This document shows positions 1 to 11,679 of a DNA stretch of 31,101 nt, in pieces. Numbering within the stretch: position 1 is the first letter of the stretch; every line of letters starts with the position of its first letter. Source of the DNA: Octopus sinensis (taxonomy: Eukaryota); assembly GCF_006345805.1 (NCBI RefSeq), contig NW_021836488.1:1-31101 (forward strand), read 5' to 3'. The translations under genes were made by a program, and so were the position numbers. The notes under the pieces were generated by a model. It had not been told where the DNA came from. It saw nothing but the letters and a program-made list of their open reading frames with translations, and searched no databases.

Positions 1-317
1 AGATTGTACAACTTAATATACCACAATTTACTCTCGTCGGTATAAAACTTATATTTCCAAGATACATGATGAGGAAGGAGCTTAATACAGACTGATTAAA
101 GTGTCTGTTTAATTATCAAACATAACCAATGATAGCCGTCACTCTTAAGCGAGAATCACATGGTGGCATGTACCATTCTTTCATTGCTTGTTTTAAGTGC
201 TGATGTAGTTGACAGCAGATATAGACACCCTTTCAGTCAACCACCGCGTGGCTCAGTAGAACATGGAGGACATGAGAGCTGGAGGGAGAGATATCTGCAC
301 CGGCATTCACCTGACGG

Positions 318-445
318 TCATTTTCAGCTGTGTAGATTGGAGCAAAGTGAAATAAAGCGCTTTGCTCGAAACTACAACGCACTATCCGGTCTAGGAAATG
401 AACTTACGTCCTTTCGTTCGTGAGGACCAAACCTTAACCGCTTAG
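318..445 (-). mobile_element. Degraded SINE family C, head and central part
   Basis: Aligns by eye with the better-preserved copy at 14672-14923 (cattttcagctgtgtagattggagcaaagtgaaataaagcgctttgctcgaa...ccggtctaggaa); tRNA-like head toward 445. Confidence 0.6.
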
Positions 446-934
446 TAATTATTGTAAAATTCATCACCTTCGTTCGAAACATTCTACCGATTATTTGCCC
501 ACCTAACTAAATAGATCAAAAGCTATAGAAATACTGCACTTCGTCGCTCTAAACGTAAGATCTCCTTCCATTATAACCAATCTTCCACACAAATGAGTAA
601 ATAAAAGACAACTGTAGGTGCAAACATGGTTTTCTCTATGTAGTAATGAAGGAAAGATATATTTCGATATATATTTTTAACGAATATATTCTCTAAGCGG
701 GTAAAGCAAGAGGAACTGATAGAGTTTACGAATACAATAGACGAGAATAGAAATGCATTATGTTTCCAAATTTCTCACAAACTCTTATTGTTAACATCTC
801 TACGGCGTTTTTATCCATGCTATATCCCTTAAACAGGCGTGAACGCAAAGTTTTGCGGTCAGAAAGCTCGAATGATCCACGAAACATTATTCTATAGATA
901 AATTAAGACTTACATACACGTACCTTCCTAAACG

Positions 935-958
935 TATATGTGTGTGTGTGTGTGTGTA

Positions 959-1001
<43 letters not shown>

Positions 1002-1481
1002 GTGCGTGTGTGCTTTATCTTTCATTTCGTACACATCCGACGAAAATAATGAAAAATACGTATAGAATAATACAAAAGAAAATGTACTAAGTTAGTGTTT
1101 ATATAATCGTAAGTATGTGTAAATGTATATACGTGTGTTCATATGTATGTGTGTGTATATACATATATATACGTGCAAATATATAGCAGTATAAATTGAA
1201 TGTGTGTATATAATATATATATGTGTGTGTGTGTGTGCATGTATATATAATATGTATATAATTATATATATATATGTTATATTTATATATGTATATATAT
1301 ATATTATATATTATATATTATAATATATATATATATATATATAACACGCACACACACAAACACATATCTGTCTTTTTTCTTTTTAAATTCATGCCATATC
1401 TGTCTGCCGATCTTCTTTATGAATAACCTTATACATAGGTGAGCGTTGTATGTGTGTCATTGTATGCGTGTATGTATATAC

Positions 1482-1538
<57 letters not shown>

Positions 1539-1631
1539 ATATATATATACACACACCACCTGTCATTTTCTTTTTAAATTCATGTCTTGATGTATATGTT
1601 TTTTCTGTCTATCTTTATGAATGACCTTATA

Positions 1632-1660
<29 letters not shown>
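935..1660. repeat. Compound (TG)n/(TA)n/(CA)n microsatellite field
   Basis: Dinucleotide runs seen directly, interrupted by two similar ~75 bp unique pieces. Confidence 0.95.
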
Positions 1661-1663
<3 letters not shown>

Positions 1664-1898
1664 GTGAGTGCTGGTTGCCCGTGTCTGTGTATGCGTTTGC
1701 GTAGACGCTCGACAAAGGAACGAACGCAAAATCCGCACACCAGACATGGCCGTGCTTTTTTCCTCAGGTATCGTCCAAAAATTCATTACAATTTCATGTC
1801 TTTAGCGATATGCCTCCACACACACACACGCACACACTCGGAATAATATTTGTATATATGTGTATATGCATGTATGTATGCATACATGCATGCATGTC

Positions 1899-2060
1899 GG
1901 CACGGTTGTTAAAGTATTAAACAAAATGCCTTGTGGTTTGTTTTTTTTTCGGGTGACCTACACACTGAATTCAGATCTCGTCCATGCCAACTTTACCTTT
2001 CATCATAAAAGAAAGTACCATTTCAGGATAATGACTTAATTAGTTGTCTGGATCGATAAA
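1899..2060 (+). mobile_element. Highly degraded SINE family A
   Basis: Remnants ctgaattcagatctcgtccatgccaactttacctttcatc and aagtacca match the family A core ctgagttcaaattccgccgaggtcgactttgcctttcatc...aagtacca. Confidence 0.4.
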
Positions 2061-2408
2061 ACCGTTCAACGAGTTGTACAGTCGTGTTGTTCTGGCCCTT
2101 TACGCTCCGAGTTCTTTGGGAGGTTCTCTTAGTCCAACCCGATATCACACCGTTACTTGGTCTTTGGAATCCGTCTATGGTGTTCATTCAGTTACAACCA
2201 CTTAGGACAGTTCGTTGGTTTAAAAATTTGCTGCCTCTCTCCGTTCCCTTTTGTTGTCCGGCGTCCCTGGCAATAACGAAAAGAAAACGAGAAAAATAGA
2301 TTCATAACTGCAACTTATATTCAAAGTCAAACAGTAGATAGCATTAAATAATAAAATTCCGATATTTATTCATACATATAAACAAAAATAAAATTAAACA
2401 AAATCCAC

Positions 2409-2545
2409 GGATTCAGTTCCACTGCGTGGCACCTTCGGCAGGTGTTTTTACTAAGGCTCGAACCGACCAAAGCCTTGTGAGTGGATTTGGTAGACGGAAA
2501 CTGAAAGAAGCCGGTCGTATGTATATATATATATATATATATATA
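2409..2545 (+). mobile_element. SINE family B, 5' half fragment
   Basis: ccactgcgtggcacc...ccgaccaaagccttgtgagtggatttggtagacggaaactgaaagaagcc is the reverse complement of the head half of the copies at 7494-7911 and 10697-11100. Confidence 0.8.
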
Positions 2546-3389
2546 GCAAGGAAAAATTGTAAAAAGGCAGAATGCTAAATTGAAAGAAAATTTTAATGAA
2601 AATGGGTGTATGGAAAAAGTTTTTGAAAAATTGATAAAATATATAAATATATATTAATTCAAACCGGTTTTCGTCATAATGACTTTTCAAGAATTGTAAA
2701 GGAAAAAATATTTTTTTATTTTCATTTTTTTTTTATTTAAAAGTGAGAAGGGGGAAAAAAGAAAATTACATTTTTTTTTGCAAAAAAATAATAATAAATA
2801 CATACAAAAATTAAAAAATAAGTACTCCGATACATTGTGAAGTCTTTGTTTATCTTGAGTTTAATGATTGTTCACGAAAAAATTACCTTGAAGTATTAGG
2901 ATCCAATGGGATTAAAACCATGTGTTGTTTAGTTTAAGTAAGGGTGTTGGCAAAACAGGAAGTATTAGTAGTAGTAGTTCTTCAGTTCCTCTGTTGTGAA
3001 TAAGGGGAGACAACTCTATGGGTTTTGAGCTCTTCAATTTGTGTTCATCAATTTTTTGTAGTAAAGGGTGTTAATAAATCTTAAATTATAAAATTATCAT
3101 TTTAGCTTCATTTGCATTATCTTTTCTATATAATTGTTTGCTAACTTAACATTCAGATTTTAACACTTGATTTATATTATTTTTTAATTATATAAATTTG
3201 CATAAACCAATTTATAATTACATTTCAGATTGTTATATCATATATAATAAAATGATAGAAATAATAACAACAATAATAATAATGAAATTTAAAGAATATA
3301 AGTTTTAGCTTGAAGTGATGAATGCATGGTATCCTTATATATTTGTGTTAGTCCATCCATGAAGAATGAGGTAGAAAAAGGAAGTATGA

Positions 3390-3671
3390 TCAACGAGGAG
3401 TTTGCATATTAAGTTGCGTTTTGAACTTTTCAATAAAGAGGTTCTCCTTGTTAATTCTCTCCTGTGTGGTGATCCCGTCTTACATTGGTAGAAGCGGGAA
3501 TATGTAGAATTTGGGATTTCTGTCTTTAGCGCATGATTCTATGTGGTCACTCAGTGGAATTTGTCGGTATTCCGGGAGATTTTATTGTTCTTTATGCACC
3601 GCTACTCGTTTACGTACGGGAGACTCGTCGTCCAACATAATTATGTTGGCAACCAGCGCAATGTGGAGAAC

Positions 3672-3672
<1 letters not shown>
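3390..3672 (-). mobile_element. Penelope-like retroelement fossil, GIY-YIG endonuclease C-terminus (frameshifted)
   Basis: Manual minus-strand translation across frameshifts gives CAGCQHNYVG...RKRVAVHKEQ*NLPEYRQIPLSDHIESCAKDRNPKFYIFP/FYQC/DGITTQERINKENLFIEKFKTQLN. This fits the Penelope GIY-YIG pattern (CxxC..YxG, R..xH, E..FI..F...LN). Confidence 0.75.
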
Positions 3673-3738
<66 letters not shown>

Positions 3739-3793
3739 TATATATATGTATATAATATATATGTATATATATACTACATACATATATACATAC

Positions 3794-3831
<38 letters not shown>

Positions 3832-3845
3832 GGTAGGTATGTATG
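3673..3845. repeat. (TA)n-rich microsatellite
   Basis: Seen directly. Confidence 0.95.
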
Positions 3846-3865
3846 ATGGTATGTATATGTTTTTG

Positions 3866-4051
3866 AGTCAGTGTTTGTTCGCTATCATTGTTTGACAGCC
3901 GATGTTGGTGTGTTTACGTCCCTGTAACTTGCGGTTCAGCAAAATAGACCGATAGAATAAATGCTAAGCTTAGAAAGGATAAGTCCTGAGGTCGACTAAA
4001 ACAGTGCTCCAGCATGGCCACAGTCAAATAACTGAAACAAGTAAAAGAGTA
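3866..4051 (+). mobile_element. SINE family B, 3' half
   Basis: gatgttggtgtgtttacgtccc...gaccgatagaataa...gtgctccagcatggccacagtcaaataactgaaacaagtaaaagagta is the reverse complement of the start of 7494-7911. Confidence 0.8.
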
Positions 4052-4064
4052 TGCAAGCATAAAT

Positions 4065-4152
4065 ACATATATATATGTATGTATGTATGTATGTACGTAT
4101 GTATGTATGTATGTATGGATGGATGGATGGATGGATGGATGGATGGATGGTT
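4065..4152. repeat. (TATG)n-(GATG)n compound microsatellite
   Basis: Seen directly. Confidence 0.95.
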
Positions 4153-4779
4153 GGATGTCTATAGATTTGTAGAGTACTATGTGTTATTTTAATGATATAC
4201 ACATATTTATGTATAGAGTGTGTCTCTTAGTCACTGTGTATGAAGCCAGCCGCTTGTGTTTAATCAATTTAGATGTAGTTGTTATCTCCCTTGACCATCT
4301 CAACATAATTTGTCATTAACACGAATAATTTTTCTCATTGACAGTTAAAAGTTCAATTGAATTATGATTTCACTCATTACTGTGTATCTCTACGGTTTAA
4401 TCAAGTTATAATCCCCCATTTATCTTCCATACAGTCTTCACAAAAAATTTGCCATTGACACCAATGAATTTTTTCTCTTCAATACAACTTCAAATGATGT
4501 CGAACTTGTGTTGAGTAGCCTCACTAATTACAGTATGTTTCTGATACCTAGCTATAAGTTTTTCCTGCAGATGGCAAACCTTGGCCAAATTTCTACAGCA
4601 TATGTAGACGCGCGTGTCTATCACAATTTAAGTTTATGCCCTGTGGAATACGGTTTCAATTTATTAAAATAGGACATTAATGGCAAAACAGTTCCTGCGA
4701 GTCTGCTGGAACAATTACCGTAACACAATTTACAATAACTTGCACACAGAAACAATAGTAAGAACTCCCCTCCTCACTT

Positions 4780-4812
4780 CCTTTCTCTCTTTCTGTCTTT
4801 CCTTCTCTCTCC

Positions 4813-4862
<50 letters not shown>

Positions 4863-5038
4863 TCTCTACCTCTCTCCTCTTTTCTGCCTCCCATTCCTTG
4901 CTCGCTTTCTCGCAATATAAATGTGTGTGCATGTGTGCGTGTGCGTGCGTGTGTGTATATATATTTGTGACTGTGTGTGTATGCGTGTATACGCATACAT
5001 ATATGCATAGAGGACGCACACACATACACATGTATGCA

Positions 5039-5071
<33 letters not shown>

Positions 5072-5320
5072 TATATACATGTATATATGAGTGTGTGTGT
5101 GTGTGTCTCTCTCTCTCTATATATATATGTATGTGTGTGTGTTGTGTGTGTGTTGTCTCTATATATATATATATGTATATATGTGTGTATGTGTGTGTAT
5201 GTATGTATATTGCATGTGCGACTGTGTGTGTGTGTTGCTTGCCATGTGCCACTTTGTATAACACTCTATTTATTCCCTCTCATACATACATACATACATA
5301 TATACATAAATATATACATG
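4780..5320. repeat. Compound (CT)n/(TG)n/(TA)n/(CATA)n microsatellite field
   Basis: Seen directly; source of ORFs 4680-5559. Confidence 0.95.
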
Positions 5321-5721
5321 TACGTACACACTTCTGTAAACATGTATGTGTGAGACTATCAGTTTGTCTGTGTTTGACGCTTTTTTATTTTCCTTCGTTC
5401 ATGTCTTTGCGCGGGTGTACAATTTATTTTATCGGTATTTGTGTGATATCGCATATTACTGTACACTTTACGCCTGATTGTATCCATGTGTGCGTACGTG
5501 CGTACGTGTGGCTCTCTGTGTGTGTGCGAGAACATGTCCATCTATGTGTACCATCTTAGGCGTATCTCTGTGTGTTTTGCGATAACAATATATTTTTAAT
5601 ATAAGGGGATAAAATAAGAAGCCCCTTGAATTTGGCTTCATAGTGTCCTGTGATCAATTATTCTTTTAACTACGACATAAATATGAAGAACTCCCAGATA
5701 AAACCTTGCTAAATATGTTTA

Positions 5722-6005
5722 TGTTTTCCAGTTTCAGCTCTTGAGCTGTGGCCATGCTGGGGCACCTCCATTTAAACGGTGGAGGTGTGGGGGGGATCCA
5801 CATGTAGTTACATTTTGAAATATATATACATATATACACGTCGGGCTTTTTTCAGTTTCCGTCTACTAAATCCAGTCACAAGGCTTTGATCGGCATAAGG
5901 CTATAAAAGACGACACTTGCTGAAGGTGCCACATAGTGGGACTGAACCCGGGAACCATGTGGTTGGGAAGCAAGCGTCTTACCACACAGCCACACCTGCG
6001 CCTAT
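5722..6005 (-). mobile_element. SINE family B, internally deleted copy
   Basis: Head half 5820-6005 (cagtttccgtcta...agtgggactgaacccgggaaccatgtggttgg...accacacagccacacctgcgcct) plus tail remnant ctgtggccatgctggggcacc. Confidence 0.8.
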
Positions 6006-6145
6006 GTGAATTTCAGAAGACAGAATTTCCAGAGAATCGACACATTTTCTTTTTGTTACAAATAAGTTGAAAATAAATTAAGAAACTCTAAGTTACTTTA
6101 TCTTTTACCTTATCGTTAGTTTAGTGTAGATGGTAGAAGGTAATA

Positions 6146-6322
6146 GTGGTGGTGGTGGTGGAGGTGGTGGTGGAGGTGTTGTGGTGGAGCTAGTGCAAGC
6201 TTCTTTCTTCTTCTTCTTTTCTTTTCTCTTCTTCTTTCTTATTACTTCTTCTTCTTCTCTTTCTTCTTTCTTCTTTCTTCTTCTTCTTTTCTTCTTTCTT
6301 CTTCTTCTTCTTCTTCTTCTTC
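6146..6322. repeat. (GGT)n and (CTT)n trinucleotide tracts
   Basis: Seen directly. Confidence 0.95.
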
Positions 6323-6600
6323 AATCAGGACTCATGCCATTAGCCACAAAGAATAATCTCTAATTCGAGCCTACTCTAAGCTACTAAGAATGCGTGTGGC
6401 AACTTGAAGATCTACCCACCACACGCGATAGACTGGCGGTTGCAGGGGGGCGAAAGCTACGTTGTTATCCTCATTCCGTAAACGGTGGCTTTTAACGGGT
6501 GGAGAGCTGAACCATCCTGGGGTATAGAGGATTCGCAATCTAGACTAGGGTCTGAAAGGTTACCACACCATAGTGGGTTACACCATGGTTCCTCTGCTTT
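6323..6600 (-). mobile_element. Unclassified probable retroposon 3' end with (GAA)n tail
   Basis: Complex sequence running on the minus strand into tgattgaagaagaag(n), the arrangement expected of a tandem-repeat-tailed LINE or SINE; family not recognised. Confidence 0.3.
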
Positions 6601-6697
6601 GTGGCAGAAGTAGGAAGAAAGAGTGAGAGAAAGTTGTGGTGAAAGAGTACAGCAGGATTGAAAATACCCTCTTCCCAGAATTGAGGTACCTGGCAGG

Positions 6698-6753
6698 GTA
6701 AGTCGAAAGGTAAGCTACTATAAATCGGCACGAACTTTCCGGACAACCCAATA
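6698..6753. mobile_element. Solo mariner-type terminal inverted repeat
   Basis: Reverse complement reads TA-TTGGGTTGTCCGGAAAGTTCGTGCCGATTT, resembling mariner TIRs (TA target plus TTGGGTTG start). No partner TIR seen in the window. Confidence 0.6.
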
Positions 6754-6899
6754 CATAGCCATACAACGCCCACGGAGTAAAAATATGTCTGCATTAATGG
6801 CGTTAAAGGAATAACAATAATAGAATCGGCATAAGGATGGTGGTGCGGGGGTGTGGGGTGATAGTGGTCACCCTCGTCCTTGTCGCACATTTCTACAGT

Positions 6900-7141
6900 A
6901 GCAACGAAGCAGAAGGAGGAGGAGGAGTAATAGAAGCAGCAGCAGCAGCAGCAGTAGCAGTAGTAGTAGTAGTAGTAGTATTAGTTGTAGTAGTAGTAGT
7001 AGTAGTATAGTAGCAGAGTAAGCTAGTCTTAGTAGTAGTAGTAGTAGTAGTAGTGTAGTAGTAGGGTTGGGTGGTATAGTAGTAGCAGTAGTAGTAGTAG
7101 TAGTCATAGTAGTCGTAGTATTAGTCATCAGCAGCAGTAGT

Positions 7142-7185
<44 letters not shown>

Positions 7186-7187
7186 TA
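6900..7187. repeat. (GCA)n/(GTA)n trinucleotide field
   Basis: Seen directly. Confidence 0.95.
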
Positions 7188-7493
7188 CAGCAGGCACTCC
7201 GCATTTTGCCAGGTTATCCTTCTGGCCAAGGGCAGGTTCCCCCTTTGCCGGTTTCGTTTTCCGTCGTCCGACATTCACAAACCTATGAGTAATCTCATTC
7301 ACACGAACCATACTTGCCACTCTCACATCAATTAAACACCACAAAGAAGTTCTCTCATAAACACCGTCTGAGCCGTAAGCTTTGTTTGGACAAAGTTTCC
7401 CAACAATTATATATTAAGATGTCACTTTTCCCGGTGAGTTTTCTTGCAACTTACAAAAGCCAGGATTTTTCTGCCTTAGAAAATATACCGTGA

Positions 7494-7911
7494 TACTCTC
7501 TTTTACTCTTTTACTTGTTTCAGTCATTTGACTGCGGCCATGCTGGAGCACCGCCTTTAGTCGAGCAAATCAACCCCGGGACTTTTTCTTTGTAAGCCCA
7601 GTACTTATTCTATCGGTCTCTTTTGCCGAACCGCTAAGTGACGGGGACGTAAACACACCAGCATCGGTTGTCAAGCAATGCTAGAGGGACAAACACAGAC
7701 ACACAAACATATACATACACATACATACATATATATACATATATACGACAGGCTCTTTTTCAGTTTCCGTCTACCAATCCACTCACAAGGCATTGGTTGG
7801 CCCGAGGCTATAGCAGAAGACACTTGCCCAAGATGCCACGCAGTGGGACTGAACCCAGAACCATGTGGTTGGTAGGCAAGGTACTTACCACACAGCCACT
7901 CCTGCGCCTAT
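7494..7911 (-). mobile_element. Full-length SINE family B (tRNA-like head, internal CA/TA microsatellite, AAAAGAGT-type tail)
   Basis: Minus strand starts aggcgcaggagtggctgtgtggtaag (A-box-like) and has gggttcagtcccact (B-box-like); closely similar to 10697-11100. Confidence 0.9.
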
Positions 7912-8302
7912 GATGTATGATAACATTACGAAAAATGATTAAATCATTTGCATATTGATAATTAGTTTATTTATTGCTATTTCTCACTGAAGCCCATAGT
8001 GAGCTCTCGCTGAACACCGGGTAGGAAACGCCGCTGCAGAGTCTTGCCCAATTCGACTACCAGAACCTTGTAGCTCTAGGAAGCAAATTATTTCCATTAT
8101 TTGTCTATTGTGTTCTAGGAGAAAATCATCTGAAACAGCCGTTTCAGTTGCGTTTAGATACGTACATCCCCCAAGAACGTCGTCACTCGCACCCATAGCT
8201 AATCTTGTACAAAAAAGAAAAGTAGAGAACTGAGTGATCAAAAGCATTCCGGATGACCAATATCCGATACTATGCTTCACTCAAACAGCAACAACAATAA
8301 CT

Positions 8303-8348
<46 letters not shown>

Positions 8349-8358
8349 TAATAATAAT
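8303..8358. repeat. (TAA)n tract upstream of the R4/Dong fragment
   Basis: Seen directly. Confidence 0.95.
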
Positions 8359-8380
8359 ATACATACACATATATAAATAT

Positions 8381-8767
8381 ATCATGAAGAAAAAAAATGC
8401 TTTCTAATTGATGTATCAATACTGGCAGATGACAACGTGTCTCTAAAAGAAATGGAGAAACTTTCAAAATACAAAGACCTGGAAATAGAGGTAACCAGAA
8501 TGTGGAATCTAAAAACAGAAACAATTCCTATCATAGTAGGTGCATTAGGCATGATAAAAAATATTCAGACAAATACATAACAAAACACACCAGGACTTAC
8601 AAACACATATAACATACAAAATTGCACTACTAGGTACTGCACACATCTACACAGAACACTTCCATACAATAACCATCAGAGCATCACAACAAATCACAGC
8701 ACATACCCAAGGCACACAGAGCTACGCTCGGTAGTGAAGTGAAAGCACGCTATAAAAAATAAAACTA

Positions 8768-8770
<3 letters not shown>
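8381..8770 (+). mobile_element. 5'-truncated R4/Dong-clade non-LTR retrotransposon: restriction-like endonuclease C-terminus and 3' UTR
   Basis: From 8383 translates HEEKKCFLIDVSILADDNVSLKEMEKLSKYKDLEIEVTRMWNLKTETIPIIVGALGMIK; after single-base indels it continues ..PGLTNTYNIQ/IALLGTAHI. The IDV..N...EK..KY.DL..E..RMW...IP.IVGALG pattern is typical of R4-clade RLE domains. Ends directly in (AAT)n at 8771-8806. Confidence 0.85.
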
Positions 8771-8807
<37 letters not shown>

Positions 8808-8844
8808 TTTTTTTCTTCTCAAGGGCATAAGGCCCAGTACGCAA

Positions 8845-8920
8845 CTAGTACTTAATTTATCGACCCCGAAAGGCAAAGTCGACTTCGTCGGAATTTAAAC
8901 TCAGTACGTGGCAGCAGACT
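8845..8920 (-). mobile_element. SINE family A core fragment
   Basis: agtacttaatttatcgaccccgaaaggcaaagtcgacttcgtcggaatttaaactcag matches the minus-strand family A core. Confidence 0.7.
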
Positions 8921-9037
8921 TAATTTATCGACCTTAATATTATTAATATCATTATTCGATGTAACCGACTTACCTCTCCCGTAAAAATTTCTAGTATTTT
9001 GCCAAAATTTGAAACCATCATCATTAGTGTTATCATT

Positions 9038-9255
9038 AAGGCAGCGATTTGACAGAACCGTTAATATGCCGGTCGAAATGCTTGATGGCATTTCGTCCGT
9101 CTTTACGTTTTGCGTTCAAATTCCGTCGAGGTTGGCTTTGCCCCTCTGTCCTTTTGGGTTTATTGAAATAAGTGCCAGTGGAACACTAGCGTCGTCGTAA
9201 TCGCCTGGCCACACACCTACAAAATTTCAGGCCTGGTGCCTGAAATGATTATTGT
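9038..9255 (+). mobile_element. SINE family A, diverged copy
   Basis: aaggcagcgatttgacagaaccgttaatatgccggtcgaaatgctt...gttcaaattccgtcgagg...aaatttcaggcctggtgcct. Confidence 0.75.
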
Positions 9256-9609
9256 TAGAATTATTGTTGTTGTTGTTATGATGGTGGTGGTGGCCGTCGT
9301 CGTCGTCGTAGTGTCGTCGTGGTCGTGGTCGTTGATGTTGTGGTGGTGGTAAACGTTGTTGTTATTACGAGAAGAATAATCGAAGGCAATAAGTTTTTTT
9401 TATATATATTGTAAAGACAGTAATAGAATAAAGGAAAGAAAAAGAAAGAAAAAGAAAAAACTTCACGGTGCTATGAGCACGGCACCGTGTGGATGGCTAC
9501 GTGTTGCGTCCACAACGCAAAATAACAACCGATGTCATCTGTAGATTGAATACATGTCATAACTAGTCGTCAGACAGAGTTGGTAGCTATATGGAAACTA
9601 AACAATGCC

Positions 9610-9766
9610 ATTATATATCTATATACACTCACACACACAACACACAAACATACAGACACGTACACGTATATATGTATGCATACATATTTTATAAATATAA
9701 TTAGATATAAATATCTGCGCGTGTTTGTATAGATATATATATACACACACACATACACGCGCATAC

Positions 9767-9823
<57 letters not shown>

Positions 9824-9891
9824 CACCTATATATATTGTTTTCGCTTTACGTCTGTGTGGGCGAACATGTATATAAACATAATACGGCACG

Positions 9892-9934
<43 letters not shown>

Positions 9935-10034
9935 ATGTATTATGCATATATATGTGTGTGTGTGTGCATACTTATATGTACATACACAGATATGCATACA
10001 TACATATATATAGTTATATATAACACACACACAT

Positions 10035-10088
<54 letters not shown>

Positions 10089-10340
10089 TATATATATATA
10101 TAGATATATATGATATATATATACATATATATCATATGCGCATATATTGTGTATTATACATATATATATACCTGTATGTATATATATGCATATATATGTG
10201 TGCATACTTATAATACATACACAGATATATACATACATGCACATATATATATATATATATCTAATATATATATATATATATATAATACATCACATATATA
10301 ATATATATAAATATAATATATATATATATAATATATAAGA
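9610..10340. repeat. Large (TA)n/(CA)n/(TG)n microsatellite field
   Basis: Seen directly. Confidence 0.95.
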
Positions 10341-10696
10341 AAGCTTTATGGTTGACCTGTTTGCGACGCTAATAGACACACAATAGAAACACATGCACAT
10401 AGACACTGATTCAATTTTATAAAATAATTTAAATGCGTAGATGTGACAATGATTCACCACCAACACCACCACCACCACATCAGCAACAATAACAAGAAGA
10501 GCAAGAACAGCAGCAGCAACACCTACTAAGTGTATGCTTCTCTGTGTACGTTTGTGTGTGCGCGAACCCGTGCAACTGTGTGTGCGTGTACATATGTGTG
10601 TTTTTGTATATGCGTTTATGTATGGTCGTATATAGGTGTGTGATGAATGTCTTTCAATCTGTCTGTCTAGTTTTAAAATGATTAACAACAGAGCTA

Positions 10697-11100
10697 TACT
10701 CTCTTTTTACTCTCTTTTACTTGTTTCAGTCATTTGACTGCGGCCATGCCGGAGCACCGCCTTTAGTCGAGCAAATCGACCCTCAGGACTTATTCTTTGT
10801 AAGCCCAGTACTTATTCTATCGGTCTCTTTTGCCGAACCGCTAAGTGACGGCGACGTAAACACACCAGCATCGGTTGTCAAGCAATGCTAGGGAGACAAA
10901 CACACACACACACGCATATATATATATATATACATATATACGACGGGCTTCTTTCAGTTTCCGTCTACCAAATCCACTCACAAGGCTTTGGTCGGCCCGA
11001 GGCTATAGTAGAAGACACTTGCCCAAGATGCCACGCAGTGGGACTGAACCCGAAACCATGTGGCTGGTAACCAAGCTACTTACCACACAGCCACTCCTGC
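10697..11100 (-). mobile_element. Full-length SINE family B
   Basis: Collinear with and closely similar to 7494-7911. Confidence 0.9.
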
Positions 11101-11679
11101 TATGATGACAAAGTTTTGGAATATAATGCAGTAGATACGATATTCACTTAAATATGCATCCTCTCTGTGTGTGTGTCTGTCTGTCTGTCTGTCTGTCTGT
11201 TTTTATGATGTGATATGCATTCTTGTCCCACGTAAAAAAATATGTAATATTGTTTCATGAATGCATCCTATTTTAAGAAATAGAAGTGTGTCCCGCTGAA
11301 ATACATGTAAAATGAATGATACGTAAAATCAATTAATTTTATCCAGTAAAACTATATAATATTGTAAATACACACAGATTTCAAAAATGTCGTATCCCAA
11401 AAAGTATAATTTCCCTGTATAACTTTAATAGTTACTCATAACATCACATTAAACAATAGTTATAGCTTTTTGCTTACTGAGAGTTTTAATGGATTCCACT
11501 CAACAATACATTATATTTTTTAAGAAATATTCATATTTAAATCTCCGAATACTGCTAAAATTGAATCAGATATTACGTTTCACAATAGTTTTCAATGCAC
11601 AAATAAAATCAACTTAAAATTTTCAGTATCCTTATTTACATTAAAATTTGCATTTAACATTGGTTGTCTAACGTGTGTT

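Noticed and set aside
1755-1773. Recursive-splice-like tttttcctcAG|GTatcg
   Set aside because: Weak donor and no known host intron; expected by chance in 31 kb.
2970-3045. Hammerhead core beside the 3390 Penelope fragment (minus-strand CTGAAGA, TTGAAGA)
   Set aside because: No properly placed GAAA or stems.
4558-4680. Strong acceptor tttttcctgcAG followed by short frames
   Set aside because: All frames stop within ~40 codons, with no convincing donor and no recognisable peptide.
7187-7410. Minus-strand peptide KLCPNKAYGSDG resembling the LINE NKAPGPDG motif, and ORF 6868-7344
   Set aside because: A single short motif with no downstream RT motifs; most of the ORF is trinucleotide repeat.
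7830-7911. tRNA genes at the heads of SINE families A, B and C
   Set aside because: Only A/B-box-like motifs are present; they run into SINE bodies and I could not form a full cloverleaf.
7984-8280. 98-aa minus-strand ORF with a hydrophobic N-terminal part
   Set aside because: No recognisable domain or splice support; this length is compatible with chance.
7668-11105. Near-identical ORFs MSSNAR...QPLL at 7668 and 10875, and other SINE-overlapping ORFs
   Set aside because: They lie inside non-coding SINE copies; the similarity reflects the repeat, not paralogous genes.
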